Positions 10,577 through 24,488 are shown, counted from the first letter of the stretch. The stretch: DNA of 64,000 nt from Lingula anatina (GCA_051362555.1 CM120649.1:16754567-16818566), one strand, 5' to 3'. Made by a program: numbers and translations. The notes: generated by a model from the letters alone, not told the origin.

Positions 10577-13323
10577 CTTTTTACAGACGCTTGACACTAA
10601 TTTTTACTTTTTCATATCTTCAGCACCCTGAATACTGAAGGCGATAGAAGTAGCTTAAGGCTCAAAATCCTTAAATTTTTTACACCCTCTTCGAAAGTAT
10701 CTTAGTATGATAAAGAAATACTTGAAAATACGAAAGATACGGTTGTTCTAAAACATATGCCTGGTAGACTGATAAACATCCACAAAAGGAAACACAGTTG
10801 ACAAAAACCGTTTAACCCTAGCTAAAATGAGTTTTTTCTACCCATTACGATCAATACATGCGTTTTTCAGTGTAATCATGCTTGTTTATATGGGAAAGCG
10901 GTTGTAAGGTCAGCATCTATTTCAGCGACATACAGAAAACACTAACTCAGGTTTATCCACGCAGCAGTCTCGTTGCGGTGCTATGTGTGACATGCCACTG
11001 TGCCCACAGCGAGACGTGTGCCAATAACAAGAGTGTTAGGGTCAACTGTAAATCAGGTATAAATGTTTTTTTAGAACTAATGAATGTGGCTTTCACAGAG
11101 CTGAGCAGCAAGCATGTCGAGTAAATCAAACACATTTAATTTGCTAAGTATCTTAACATGACGTACGTCAAAATGGCATTTTAACAATAGTAAAAACCTG
11201 TTCGTGGCCACTAAAACTGACTTAAACGGATTTTCAATGTCTCTACGACTGACGAGGGCGACGAATGCTAAGATTTATAAAGTACCTTATAGGAAAACAT
11301 ATTACTCAACCTACTTGGAAATATTTGCTTCGCCAGCTTGTGGTTATCTAACAATCATAAAGTAATATCACATGTGCGTGCAAGATATACTTAATAGGAC
11401 TATAAAGTCACAAGACGCGTGTCATACCTATTTACAGACGCATGACACTAATTTTTATTTTTTCATATCTTCATCACCCTGAGTACCAAAGTAATGACTA
11501 TTAATTTCATGTCTCTTACTTGAATATCAAAACGGCCAATTAATTAACTTAACAGCAGGAGGTGGACTTAAAAAGAACTTGCGAATGCAATTACAACCGT
11601 CAGTAGCAGATTAAGGTGCTCGAAACTGACAGACTGCCCCGATCCAGTATCGAGTATACCACTCGAGGTAAAAAGGGTTTTAAATCACATCGAGGCGCAT
11701 TTCGCTGAACCTGACATGACAAACGGCTTCGCCTTCACGGACTGAACACATGAACACTTGAAAGATAAAATACGGTGATCTTTAGACTTTTGGGTATTTT
11801 CGGTATTCTACTTTGTTTCAAGATTATCAGTTTGAGTTTCTCACAAAAATCCAATTTTAGACAGGCAGCCTGCTCACTTTTTAAAATATCTTAATTGACA
11901 TTTGGATGTACATATATTATCAAGAAAACACTATTGTGGTTATTAGTAAATTCTGTTTGAATTTACTAAGTTATTAACGTAGGTGAAAAGCCGCCAGAAC
12001 TGTTATACACGGGGTGACCTGAAGCAGGAAGTCATGCACAAGGCCATATGATACTGAACAAAGGTCATATGTTTTTTGTTATTATTATTTTCTTTGTTTT
12101 TTAAAACAATTCCGCCTTTGTGTGAAAGTATTTCAGCTGCTGTAACATTTAACGCATGAGTTGCGCAAGTCATGGAACACAAATGAAGCGTTTATATAAG
12201 GTTTCACTCAACATGGTTTCAGTTTAACTGGTGGGGACGAAATGCTTGCTTGCAATTCTCCGGTGATGTCTGTTTGTGTTCTAGCTCACGGCATTGATCT
12301 GGGGAAAACACGTTTTTCTTTACGTGTTAATCATAGGCTCAGTTCAGAGATATCTTGTGCGAACTTGAAAATAGTGGAAATGGAAAAAAAATAAGTAAAA
12401 AAGAAAAAAAAAGATAAAAAAGCAAAAACAAGAAAAAAAAAGAAAAAAAAAAAGAAAAACACAACACAGATTGTTCAATAAAATAGACCAATGTAACATG
12501 ATGAAACAACAAATTTAAAAGGTCAACAGTGGTATCGTGTAACAGTGCATATAAAAAGACAAAAAAAAAAACATTCGATAGAGAATGAAAGGAAATTAAT
12601 GTGAAATAACAAGAAAAGATGCATTTCTAAAGTCGAAAATTAAAGAAAAATCGAAAAAAAAAAAAAACTGAAACGCGTCGATAACGATTTGCAGAATTGT
12701 CTCAGCACTAATGTCGATCCTCTGTCGTTAAACATATAGCGTTCCGTCGAGCTTTAATTTAACATACATTTTGTAGCTAGTTTATTACATATGCCGCCAG
12801 TGTATACTTGTTCATAACGACAACTGGTCTGATAGACAAAAAGTGGCAGATACGCATTGGCCTCCATTGACTTCTGTGGCGGCTATTTTTACAATCAATT
12901 TCATATCATGAAACTAACATAATCACGCCAACCCTTCCTTATATCGAGGATTAATATAAGAATGCACTGGATCCTAGACCAAATCAATATAACATTCTCA
13001 TCAATACACTGGTTAGAACCGCGGCGTTAGTGTAGCTTGTCGTCAGTGATAACGTGTCATTAGATAGAATGATACTGAACAAAATCAATCTAATCGTCGG
13101 TCTTTTGACAGGCCCTGGTAGTCTAATACAGAGTAAATGTTTCCAATTTGATCACGCGATCAGGAGATCCGGTGATGGATGTTTGTGATTTTCATTTTCC
13201 ATTATTTCAATCTCCGTTGCTCTCTAGAGAGGTAAATAAACTGACTGGTATATATTAACAGTTGACATTGACTGGTTTCTAGACCAGAGCTAAGGTCCTT
13301 TTAAGAAAGATTCTTTCAAGTTT

Positions 13324-13371
<48 letters not shown>

Positions 13372-15131
13372 TAACCTAGCTCAATGGGTCTCACGCCAGC
13401 GTTAGTATGTATGTCGTGGAACCGCATGCGATGTCGGAGAAATAAGAGAGAAATTCAAAGCATAAAACTAAGTCACGCTGTTTTGCAGACGCCTTCATTC
13501 CGGAGATTTCCTTACATCCAGTTTCTACCTCAGTTATAGAAATATCACAAGCAGGAATATTAACCGCAACAACAACAAGACAGAAGCACAAGCGCAAGGA
13601 TTGTATTAGTTGCGACTGATTTTACTTCCCCACAATCACGGCGCGACTACCATATAACTAACTCAGGTGTGTGATACCTAGGGAATGACGGATAGGACAC
13701 CGTGCCCAAAACGCCCCTTGAAAATGAGAACGTTACCTTCTAGCATTGACAATTTTATGAAGTGCCACGGTTTGTAAATTATTTTTAAGCTGACATTATA
13801 GTAAAATTATCTAAGAAATTGGGTGTCAGTTGTCATGACGGGCACTGCCAGTGGTTGTCAATGGTAAATACTTTGCTACATGTTCCACATATCTCATATT
13901 AAAAACTAATAACATGCTACATATTATTTAACTCATGCTTGGACCCGTCATACACAAATGAATACCGTCCTAAGTGGGGTTATATATAAACACCAAAGAA
14001 GACTGCATTAGGAACAGGCATATGACACATGACATAAAACTCAGACTTGAAAGCTGAGTAAGAATTATGGACTTAGTTACAACTAAACAGTCAGCAGTGA
14101 AATTGTTGTTTTACTTTGCAATTGCTTACCTTGAAGTACAAAGTAAACAACAATTTCAATATAACCTCTTGGTTGTATTGAACAAAAATATACTACTAAA
14201 AACTCTTAGTACATAACACAGCCGATTAAATTTATTTTCTATTCACTTAATGCTGGGTAATCAATATAATGTTTTATTCACCTAAGCTTAAAGAATGAAT
14301 GTTAATAATTCACGACCGTATAGCTATGACAATTGTTTCACGTCACCTGGTTGGCAATACACAACACTTAATTGTTACGGAGTTCACCTGATATCACCTC
14401 ACCTGTGATTAGACTTCAACACGTACCTGTACAATGTATTCAATGTGACTTCGGGTCTGCTGATTTAACCGAGATTACGCAATATCTGTATATAATCATA
14501 AGCCTATATACATGTACCGGTACATACATGTATTGTGCTTACCACCCAGCTAACACAGAGAGTGATACATATTTGACTATCTTTACCTGCTTGTTACAAA
14601 GTACTTGGGCTGTTTTCTCGTAAATAGCACATTCTTAGAACATTTTAAACTCCTCATAACACTGCCAGTTGATTATGTGCGTATACTCGCTGTAATGGCA
14701 TATAGGGCAAGTTTCACCATCACCGTCTCCCATGTATAAGATTTATCATTAGCACAGGGTAAAATCATAGTATGGAGGAAATTTCAAACCAGACCCTGCA
14801 TCGATGGTTTATCATTTTTGTTTACATGGTGTTTCTGCAATTTACAGACAGATGACACTAAAGCTTATCTTCTTATTAATGCCATTGTACTTACCATGCT
14901 GTTCAGTCACACTTTCTCTTTTAACTACATTATGACGTCATTCCATGTGACCTCTTTTAAATGTCCTACAAGCACGCCAGACATGCATACTGTGGACAAC
15001 TGTATTTAACGTTATCAGCAGTGCATGACCACGGATCTCTGTTTTATCAATACAAACAGCAATGCCTCTTTGCAATCGGTATACGTATAGGAGAGCATGT
15101 ATATACATTTGTCGAATGGACAGGGGAGTGC

Positions 15132-15258
15132 CACCCTATCTACATGTATATGGGCAAAACGCGGCACTTCACGGGCTTCGTTTGTTATATTGGAGAGCAA
15201 GCGTAAGAAGGGAATTAACAGAAAACATTCATATAATTACACACCTGTAGATAGGGTG
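15132..15258. mobile_element. 127-bp MITE with 13-bp TIRs and an 8-bp TSD (hAT- or P-like)
   Basis: caccctatctaca (15132-15144) and tgtagatagggtg (15246-15258), flanked by the direct repeat gggagtgc at 15124-15131 and 15259-15266. Confidence 0.75.
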
Positions 15259-16265
15259 GGGAGTGCTGGTGAACACCTAGTAAATAACTCAAGTATGTAT
15301 GCCTGGGCTAGCGCAGTTGTACTTGTTTCGTTCAGGCATTGATCAAGTGCGTACATTTAATGGGGCCGTATATGTTGCAAGTACCAATCGATCTGTTCAA
15401 TCATTAGCAACACGTATAGCAGTGCCTCAGTGTTAGTCTGGTCAGGGAGGTGGACCTCCTACATGCTCATATACCTCCTTCCCTTATCCATATTAACCGT
15501 TGGAGCATATGGGTCTTACACCTGTTACACTGTGGCTATTCCACACGAAGTCCTAGCTGCTCTAAGCTTCTTGACTGTGCTGTTATTTTATAACTAGTGT
15601 CGTGCATCCCTTAGGTTACTTAACGTTAAACCTTCTCTCCTGGGGCTTACCTGGCCGTTAGAACTAACCAATAGCCTTAGGAGCTAGCATTTGTGAGCAC
15701 CTACTCTTAGCCTACATACCTTGCCCAATGCCCGATAAGCCTACTAAAGGTATATGAGGCAATACAATACAAGGACGAGAAGATTATAGAGCACACAGCA
15801 TGCTGGCTTAGAACAGGCGTAGCAACGCAGCTCACCTGTGTTTACAACCCAGATTACAGCAATGATCGCACAGAACCACTCACCTTTGCTTTTCCTCATA
15901 CACACACGTGTTCACATAAGAGTTGTAGTTGGATTTGTCCCTTCCCGAGGTACAACTGTAGAGTTTCAACATACGATTAAGCAATATGGCGGGTCCGAGT
16001 TGACCGCATCTTTAAATGGCCCAGATTCGTGTGGCAAAAGTATGGATAAACGACCCGAATGCAATGTCTGTTGATTGCTCGGATGACGGAAGAATTAAAC
16101 TGGGTCAACCAAGGGTCGAGTCAAATCAATATTACAGCGGTGTTCAAAGCTACACAGCTTATACGTTATACGGTCTTGTGCACGGTGTGCTTACGGTTTG
16201 TATCGGTAGGGGGCTAACTAACAAGAAAACGAGTCATGTACCAGCACATAAATATTCTTCTCGGA

Positions 16266-16299
<34 letters not shown>

Positions 16300-17800
16300 G
16301 GATTAAAAGACCGAAAGCATAAAAATGCATTTAAGAGTAAACGCAATGAAGCTTAGACGTTTGCCTAAAGACGTGCAATAGCATTGTGCAACACATTAAT
16401 CTTGGTCGCGTTTTGTTATACCACAAGCACTTTTGATACCATTTTGTACTGCCTTTTTCACAGTGAGCGATATATTATTATGTAGCAATCTGTGAAGACT
16501 AAAATGCCCTTAATAATACAATCTAGAAAAATGTTTTGCTTGTTTCATATTTAATACATATGACTCAGTCCATTAATTAAAATATTTTCACTTCAAATTA
16601 TTATATTCTAGAACCACCAGCACTACAGTGTACAGAATGTTGCACGTTCTATTATGTAAACCCTACATGAAGCTTCAAAACATATCATGTAGTCTTGATT
16701 TAGAATGTAAACGTCGTTTCACATCCATTTTCTTTATCACTGTCGATATCATATTTACTAGTGCAATTGTATAACGCAGTGTGCACATTTCACATAATTT
16801 TACACTCGAAAAAAAGAAGAAATAAAAATCCAAATGAAACGAACAATATGCGTGCTTAATGACAGGATTTCAGGCATGCATTTTTAATTAATTCTGGTCT
16901 TTATTCCTACATTTAAATTTACCATGATTTATGGATTTATGGATGAACGGTAATATCAACGTGCGCTGGAAGCATGACATGCTCTACAATCCCATGCGTC
17001 ACAGGCAGCTACGAGGAGTTATCCTGGGCAAATTAACGAACAAAATTCTTGTTATAATGAGCACATTTGCAGATCCGCTTCAGGTACAGCTCAGCGTTAA
17101 TAAATCGGAAACATTTACCTGGTCTTGGAGCTTGGTGTCATTTTATTTCGTTGAACGCAACATCGCAACATCGGCACGCAAATTTACACACGGATTCATT
17201 TATTTTTGAGAACATTCGTTTAGATAATTAAGTTAACGTTAAGTTTTTTTTCTTTCACCTAAATTGATATAGGTATAAACCCAGGCTTTAAACAAGGCAA
17301 TTCCGTTCCTTGTGAAGTATGCCATAAGAAACGGAAAAAAATCATACGTCAACCAAAATAAAAGATCGCTTCACTCCATTCACTTAATATAAAATGGCTC
17401 CAAGTAAACATGAAGAGAACACACAACACTTTCTTCTCTATCCCTTAGGTCATCATTAAAAGGCTTCATCAGCGGCATTAATATTATCGTGACGCCTTTT
17501 TTGCTTCCAGCAGTGTTTGCTGCGGACATTCCGGCACGTTTTTTTAGGTTCGATGCTCTCGGACGCATTTAAACTGTTATCGGTGATCCGACAGTTCGAT
17601 CCTGTTTAAAATGCAAAAGAAATTAAAATCAAGTGGGAATACAGTTAAGCTTTTAAAAGTCAAGCTATGCACCTGTCATTTCGACTAAATCAGCTCTAGT
17701 TGTTTTTCCAAAGCTTTCCCTATTTCGCCCTTTCAAATGTTTTATACGGCCGATATTTTGTGCGCGGTCTCGGAGTCGAGAGTAGGGCCTACATGTACCA

Positions 17801-17807
17801 TATAAAA
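17801..17807 (+). promoter_or_regulatory. Candidate TATA box of the PLAT-ShKT gene
   Basis: TATAAAA(G) 65 nt upstream of the ATG at 17866. Confidence 0.5.
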
Positions 17808-17865
17808 GAACGTGACATGCTCTGCAGGTTTCCAGAATGCAATAGACCAGTAACAGCGTGACAGA

Positions 17866-20800
17866 ATGGCAGTCCACAAGATGCTTAGTAAACTGTGCAC
17901 AAGCCTCGTAGTTTTTGGAATTGTATCCGTTCTCACCGTGTGTTCAGTTCTCGCCAACGTCAACGGTAAGTGAAAATTCTGTCAGTTGTGCTTGTTGTGC
18001 CTGTGTTTAATTTGATGTATATTTATTATATCAATTATTTCTTTATTGGTAAATTATATAACTTTAGTAAAATCATACTATAATTTTGTCTTACATTCGC
18101 TACTTACAGCATAAATTGATAGAGTGAAGTTATTTTCTTCAGTGAACTGCTAATATTGAAATTGCTTACCTCCAATAATTTATATGGATGTCTGACTAGA
18201 ACATCTTAATTAGAATATGAGGCTATCCAGGTGAATATTGCCTAATTAAATCTTTATATATCTACCTATGTATCTAACTTCTTGGAGACATTCCCTTGTC
18301 ACATCAGAGAGATGAACAAAAGCTGTGTCTCTTTATTCTAGTCTTCAATAAACTAGCAAAATCTTAACCACTACCAAATGTTAAACAAACCGTGTTTTCT
18401 CCACAGAGCTCCGCCCTGAATCGATCCGGATCTACACCTTTACTGGCGCTGAACCGAGAGCGGGCACGGCCCACGTGGTCACGGCGACACTCTACAACCC
18501 AGGCGGAATTAACTCTACCGTAACACTCAACAAGAGAGAACGAATACACACAAATACGTAAATAGACAGATTATGGCAGATTATTTTGTTTTCCGCCAAT
18601 ATCCCGTTCAATATGTTTGTAACACAGTCATAAACTTATGAAATGCCTACCTTTTTTTTTACACCCCTGCGCTTTTGTGACAAAAGTCGAGCAACGTGTA
18701 ATCCAGCCCTGTGTAAGACAGCACGTCTGTCCTTTGGTTAGAAATTTCCGCTATCTCCGCCTAGACCATAAGAGTGAGAAACTTGATACGACTGGAACTG
18801 ATAGATCTATCATCAGGGATGTGCATGGAAACTTCACAATTTAAATGTGCATTTGGGTGGGGCTGGCCTTGGTATGGGGGTCTACTCAACGCCAGCAGGA
18901 GGCTCATTAGTCTGTTAATCTTATTGCTTTCAACGAAAGTCCCCGCACTAACTAGTAAGTTAGATTCATAGTGAACACACTTATGGATAGTTAGGGAATA
19001 GGGTCCCAGATATTTAGCTATTTTTACAATGCTGGGAAGTGCAGGGATATGCGAAAGCTACCCATATGTACCCTTTTGTCAACCAGTTGAATTATTTTTT
19101 CCCGAAAACAAATACAATCAACACGTAACACTTTATGTTTTCACTAAATTTTCTTATTTACATATTATTGTAATTTTTTCAGAGTAAGCATTCTTAAATA
19201 TTCACATTTTAAATCGTACAAGTACATTAATTAATTTTTTGTCTTCTTTATGCGCCCTTTAAATGGGACATATATTAATATACGGGGTAGGTTTCATTAT
19301 AGCGCATTTCTCATTCTTATTTTAACCACTCCAGCATGAAAGTCACGTTATCCAGAGCTGTGGTAAATCCATATGCTGTCGACTGTATGGTGGTAGAAGT
19401 CAAGGACACCAAGTATGAGGACTATCGCAAAGACCCCTCACTTCCGGAAAATTGTTACCGTGGAAAATGCAGTCACGAACACGTTGACATCTGGTGTCCC
19501 AAACAGGTATATGGCGTCACTCACCCGACTTCTTTCCGAAAAAAAGATAGTAGAACCATTTATGCACTAGCAACGTCTCTTGAATCGTTTGAAAGAAACA
19601 AAAAATGTAACTCTTGCGTAACTGCAGGCAGCAACAAATGAATGTTAGGCATTACACAAAAAGTGAACATTTGAGGCACAACACAATTTCTGTTATACTT
19701 CCATTTCATTTTTAAATTTTATTTCTTTATACATTTTATATTATTTTATTTTTCTTTTTTATATTATTTAAAATAATATAAGATATACAGTGAATGAAGC
19801 CATATTGTTGCATCTACCGTACCGTAATTCACTGTCCCCGTGTTTCATAGATTATAAGTTAAAGTTCAGATAAGTTTTTTTCTTCTGTAGATCTCGATAG
19901 CTGTGGTAGAAACCGACTTTTCTAATATGAGACTACTAAACTTTACGTACGACGACTGGCTGGAGCCCGGGACACGCACACGATGGACGAAAGGTAATTT
20001 ATAGGGACTGCGCATGCGCTACCATTAAGAACAGGAAATGAGTGTCATTGTAGCCTATGATTTAACTTATTTTATATGTATAAGTTATGTTTTGTACACT
20101 CCGTATCTTTTAAGATATAGGAGTTAAAAGTACCACTTACATGGTATATCAACCGCTATATTTTCAAGCAAATTAATCATGACAAAAAAAAAAAAAAAAA
20201 AAAAAAATCAATGGGAATGGTGTACTAGTTGTTAAAATCAAACCTTTAATCAATTTCTATAGTGTCCTGTAACTGTGGGACATTCTAAAGAAAATTGGTC
20301 CTAAATAGGACATCCGTTAGAATTCCATATAGTCTCGTAGAGTCCTGCAGGATTCCTATAGAATCTCTTAGAGTGCCATAACACGAAAATGGAATAAACA
20401 GAATTTCCTTTTTTTATTCTAATGAAAAGGTAACTGTATTTAAGTTGTAAATTACAATAATTATTATTGTTTTTGTTGTTGTTGTTATTGTTGTTCAGTC
20501 GTGCATTGTATTGAAAATGCTTTGCTCCCTAGGTTCTGGCTCTTGTAACGAAACAATCGACTGTAGGCAGGTGACAGTTCACGGCCAGTGCAGTGGAAAC
20601 ACGTACCGGAGGCTTATCTGCCCCTGGCGCTGCTACCATTGCCCAGGTAGAGGGGCAGACATACTTAAAACACGCGAATTTTCTGTGAATTAAATTTTGC
20701 TCTTTCTTCATTGTGCAGAATTGCCAGTGCTCTTCTTATATTACCTCTTATAACCAGAATTTTAAAAAGTACAGCTCAACATTTATTCTAAGTACATATC

Positions 20801-23800
20801 ATATCATATCATTTATATTATTTTAATTAAACAATCGGTACATATGCACGCACAGTTCCAATTGTGATAAATCATATGGCATGGTGGTTGGCGATTCACT
20901 CCGCAAAATGATTGCCCAAAACAAGTTTTTGTTAGATAATGAATTTAAAAATCAAAATGTTTCAAAGTCAAATATCTTTATTTAATAATTTCAGATGTCC
21001 CTGAAATCCCCATACTGACAATAGAAGAAACAATACCGGCGCCACCTGTCACTGATGCACCATTTAATAACACACTAATGGAAAACCTCACAACTAGTGC
21101 CGCGGAAAGTACGATACTGACGTTATATTGTCTTGGCTGCTATTTCTTTTTACACCTAAGAACACTGCCTGTCACTTGTATGGTCATTTCGTGTCAATTG
21201 TGAAGTTATAAATTTTCAAAATGGAAAACATTGTTTTTGTCAATAAAAAAAAAAAAGAAAAAAAACCCTATAAAGATAATAACCAATTTCACAATGTGTA
21301 TTCATGATAAGATGTGTCTTTAATTTAATTTTTCATATATGACAGCAGTCCGGATACCATTTAAAAAACTTACTGGGGAAGGTAAACTCTCTCTATCTCT
21401 GCCGGTACCTTCTATATTCTCTCTCTCTCTCTCTGTGTGAGTGTGTGTGTAAATACTGTAAGTAATTTTAAACTAATGTGACTACACTAGATGAATAAGC
21501 ACATTTTTCATATAAATTTTATAATGGTTGATCTCAAGTAAAAATGTCGAAAACGCGATAAAGTGTAATGCATTGGAAAAATATTTATGTAACATTTATC
21601 CTACAATGACTTAATTTAACACAAAATGAAAAAAATATTCCACAACATTGAGATAGAACGTTTTTGCCCATAACCTTATAATGTTATTTTTTTCTATTTT
21701 AGCGCACATAACAGCCATAGTCTGCATTGGGTCCGTCTTGTTGGGGTGCACCCTAGCGGGCGGGTTAATGTGGATATGTTTAAGCAGAGAGCGCAAGTAC
21801 GTACAACCTTATCCAGATCTTTAAAATTGAGTATTCAACACTGAGTATCGGTTGCACATGTGTTAGTAGATGATCCAATTTCATTTGGGCATTAGCCTCT
21901 AAATGGAAGTATGACGTAAATGTAAGGTAGGCCTATAGTGCGTGAACAAAGGAAGATAAGATCTTCCCAACGCGTATCAAAGCCACGTGTCTTTATGAAT
22001 CTACCACGTGTGTAGTTTGAGTCCGTTTTCTTCTTCACTTGACTCTATATTAAAGATAAATAGCACCTATATAGGCCCATATCCTGAATGGTGAAGCCTT
22101 TCTTTCAGGCGCGATGAATTGGCGAAATCTGTTTCTGTGGAAAGATCCTCAGCAGTCACAACTGTCCTTACCCCACGCGATCAAGCATGTTTTGCGGCGT
22201 TCGATATTGGAAACAGTTCTCAGAACGATGACAGCGTCTCTTGTGAGACAGTCAACGATCCTCAGGGTGATCGCATTTCGGGAAAGGGAGCTGGCGACGT
22301 CGAAATTGAGGCTGTCATTGCAGACGACGAACAAGACAGGCCGGTGCCGGATCCCAAGATGAGCCCTAATGGTTCAAGTGACGAAAATTCCTACGCCTCT
22401 TTGTTTGTAATAACGGACGGCCTGATAACACAGCGGTAATATGACGTCTACACATAGCCTTATGTCATAGAAAATTAACTATTGTCTAACTTCATCCAAA
22501 ATGTACTGAAGTTCTTCACTAGTTTAAATTCGAGTTAAGGTCTCTCGGTGAAGGTGTCTTGTGTTTTCCCAGCATTAAAAGTATATTATTGGTATAAAAT
22601 GTATTATGGGGTATTTGTATAACTAATGTATGCAAACACTGTCTGTATGTTTCCATGAAATCTTGAGAGAAATGAACATAGGCCTACACAGAATCCAAGT
22701 TTTTAGGAGGGGGTGTACACCTAGTGGGCACCCCTAAGAGCGCCCTTGCACTTCATATATAATATGAATATCTATTTTTGGTAAACTTTGCATTTCAGGC
22801 GCAGCGAATCAGCGAATTCTGGATCTGCGGAACAACCGTCGACCGTGGAATCAGCGTTCAGTCCCTATGAAGAGGCGTGTTTTGCTGGGTCTGGTATCGA
22901 AAACGGTGCCAAAATCGCCAACGACGTCCATCGGGACGCATTTGACGATGCTCGGAATTGTTGTGCTTTGAGAGAGGAGCGACCTCAGTCGGAGCCGGAA
23001 CCTGACAATGAGGCTAATGTGGCAGACGACGACCAAGACAGACCCGTTCCAGATCCCAAGATGAGCCCTAGTGGTTCAAGTGACGAAAATTCCTACGACT
23101 GTTTGTCTGTGATAACGGACGGCCTTATAACACAGCGGTAAATGGCAACTATACAAAGAAACAATTCATATAAATTGCCCATCAATTATTTGAATGCACT
23201 CCCTTACGTCACCTATAATGTCTATAATTCTGTAAATGAACACTTTTTATTGTAGGACCCTGTAGTTTCCTCACTTGTGTTAAGTCTAATTAAGGTTTCT
23301 GGCGTTGTCTGCACTATAAATTAATACTACATACATTTTTGAGCACTTTTTTGTGATTTTTGTAATAATGGAACATACTTTTAATATAGGCCTATACACG
23401 TACGTACATGCACAGGTTGTCCCAAAACAAAGAGAGAATTCACAAGTCCATGTGTACTGTCGTATTAAATTTGTTTTTGGTATCCCTTGTACTTCAGGCA
23501 CGGCGAATCAGCGAATTCCGGATCTGAGAAACAACCGTCGACTTTGGAAACAGCAATGAGACCTGGTGAGGACTGCTTTGAAAACGGCCCCCAAATCACC
23601 GACGAGATCCAACAGGAGACATTTGGCGATTCTCAAGGTTACTGTGCTTTGGTAGAGGAGCGATCTCAGTCGGAACCGGAAACCGCCGAATACGTCGACA
23701 ATGAGGCTGACGTAGCAGACGACGATCAAGACAGGCCCATACCGGAACGCAAGCTTAGCTCCAGTGGTTCAAGTGGCGAAAGTCCTTACGCTTGTTTCTC

Positions 23801-23837
23801 AATTATACCAGACGGCATTCAAAGTCCACCGTCATAA
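17866..23837 (+). CDS. Multi-exon type I membrane protein: signal peptide, PLAT/LH2, ShKT, Thr/Pro stalk, TM, three repeated cytoplasmic modules
   Basis: Phase-consistent exons: 17866-17965 (signal MAVHKMLSKLCTSLVVFGIVSVLTVCSVLA); 18407-18557 (IYTFTGAEPRAGTAHVVTATLYN, PLAT start); 19335-19506; 19891-19993 (WCPKQ|ISIAVV...FTYDDWL, PLAT end); 20533-20646 (CNETIDC...GQC...CPWRCYHC, ShKT); 20995-21108; 21703-21796 (TM ITAIVCIGSVLLGCTLAGGLMWICL); 22109-22435; 22799-23137; 23498-23837 (stop). AATAAA near 23958 and 24053. Confidence 0.85.
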
Positions 23838-24122
23838 AGTTATGGACACGAGATCTAGAGTTTTACATTAAATCTTACTGTTAGTTTCATAAAATGCCAT
23901 CTATGATTTTACTTTTCTGTAGGCCTTCCTGATATTATAAATGTTATTGTATAAAGAAATAAAAGGAAAATTGCAGAAAAAGCTCATTTGTTCCTTGAGA
24001 ACTTATAGAACAATGTAAAGTTTTACAAAATTCAATGATTTAATCCAAATTCAATAAAACTGCTCTTTTTGTATTAGAGGTCTATTTCATTATTTGAAGC
24101 TGCTTTATATAATTAGTGTACG

Positions 24123-24130
<8 letters not shown>

Positions 24131-24173
<43 letters not shown>
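24131..24173. repeat. (CT)n microsatellite
   Basis: Direct reading. Confidence 0.95.
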
Positions 24174-24179
<6 letters not shown>

Positions 24180-24236
24180 ACTACATCGGACGCCCATCCT
24201 TCATACATTATGTACCATTCTTCTTAATTACCCTTA

Positions 24237-24488
24237 GGGACCATTCCCAGACCATATCGTACTAACTGTGGATCGATCTATCTCCGAGGGGATTCTCGAT
24301 CAATTACAATCATCTTAAGCGGCTAAGATGTCTGTCACGCCTACTGAAGCTGCTGGGGCTGGGTTAATTATCGTTTAGCAGCTTCAGTAGGCGTGCAGAC
24401 ATCTAAGCCGCTTAAGCTGAAAGCAATTTAGCGAGAAATCCGTCTGAGATGGATCAACCTTGTTAAATAGATATCGGTATGGAAACCA
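24237..24488. mobile_element. Foldback MITE family, copy 3
   Basis: Core hairpin cttaagcggctaagatgtctgtcacgcctactgaagctgct ... agcagcttcagtaggcgtgcagacatctaagccgcttaag. Confidence 0.75.

Noticed and set aside
13325-13369. Long poly(A) run as a retroposon tail
   Set aside because: No recognisable SINE or LINE body or TSD upstream, and A/T runs are common throughout the window.
13391-13597. Minus ORF MRLCFCLVVVAVNIP... as a fourth variable first exon
   Set aside because: No ATG start, a short hydrophobic stretch, and no phase-1 donor at Cys+8.
14341-14410. Cluster of three CACCTG E-boxes
   Set aside because: Short motifs with no conservation evidence; cannot be distinguished from chance.
18638-18971. 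ORFs containing LRLDHK as an extra PLAT exon
   Set aside because: No phase-compatible acceptor and donor pair; exon 18557 joins 19335 in frame without it.
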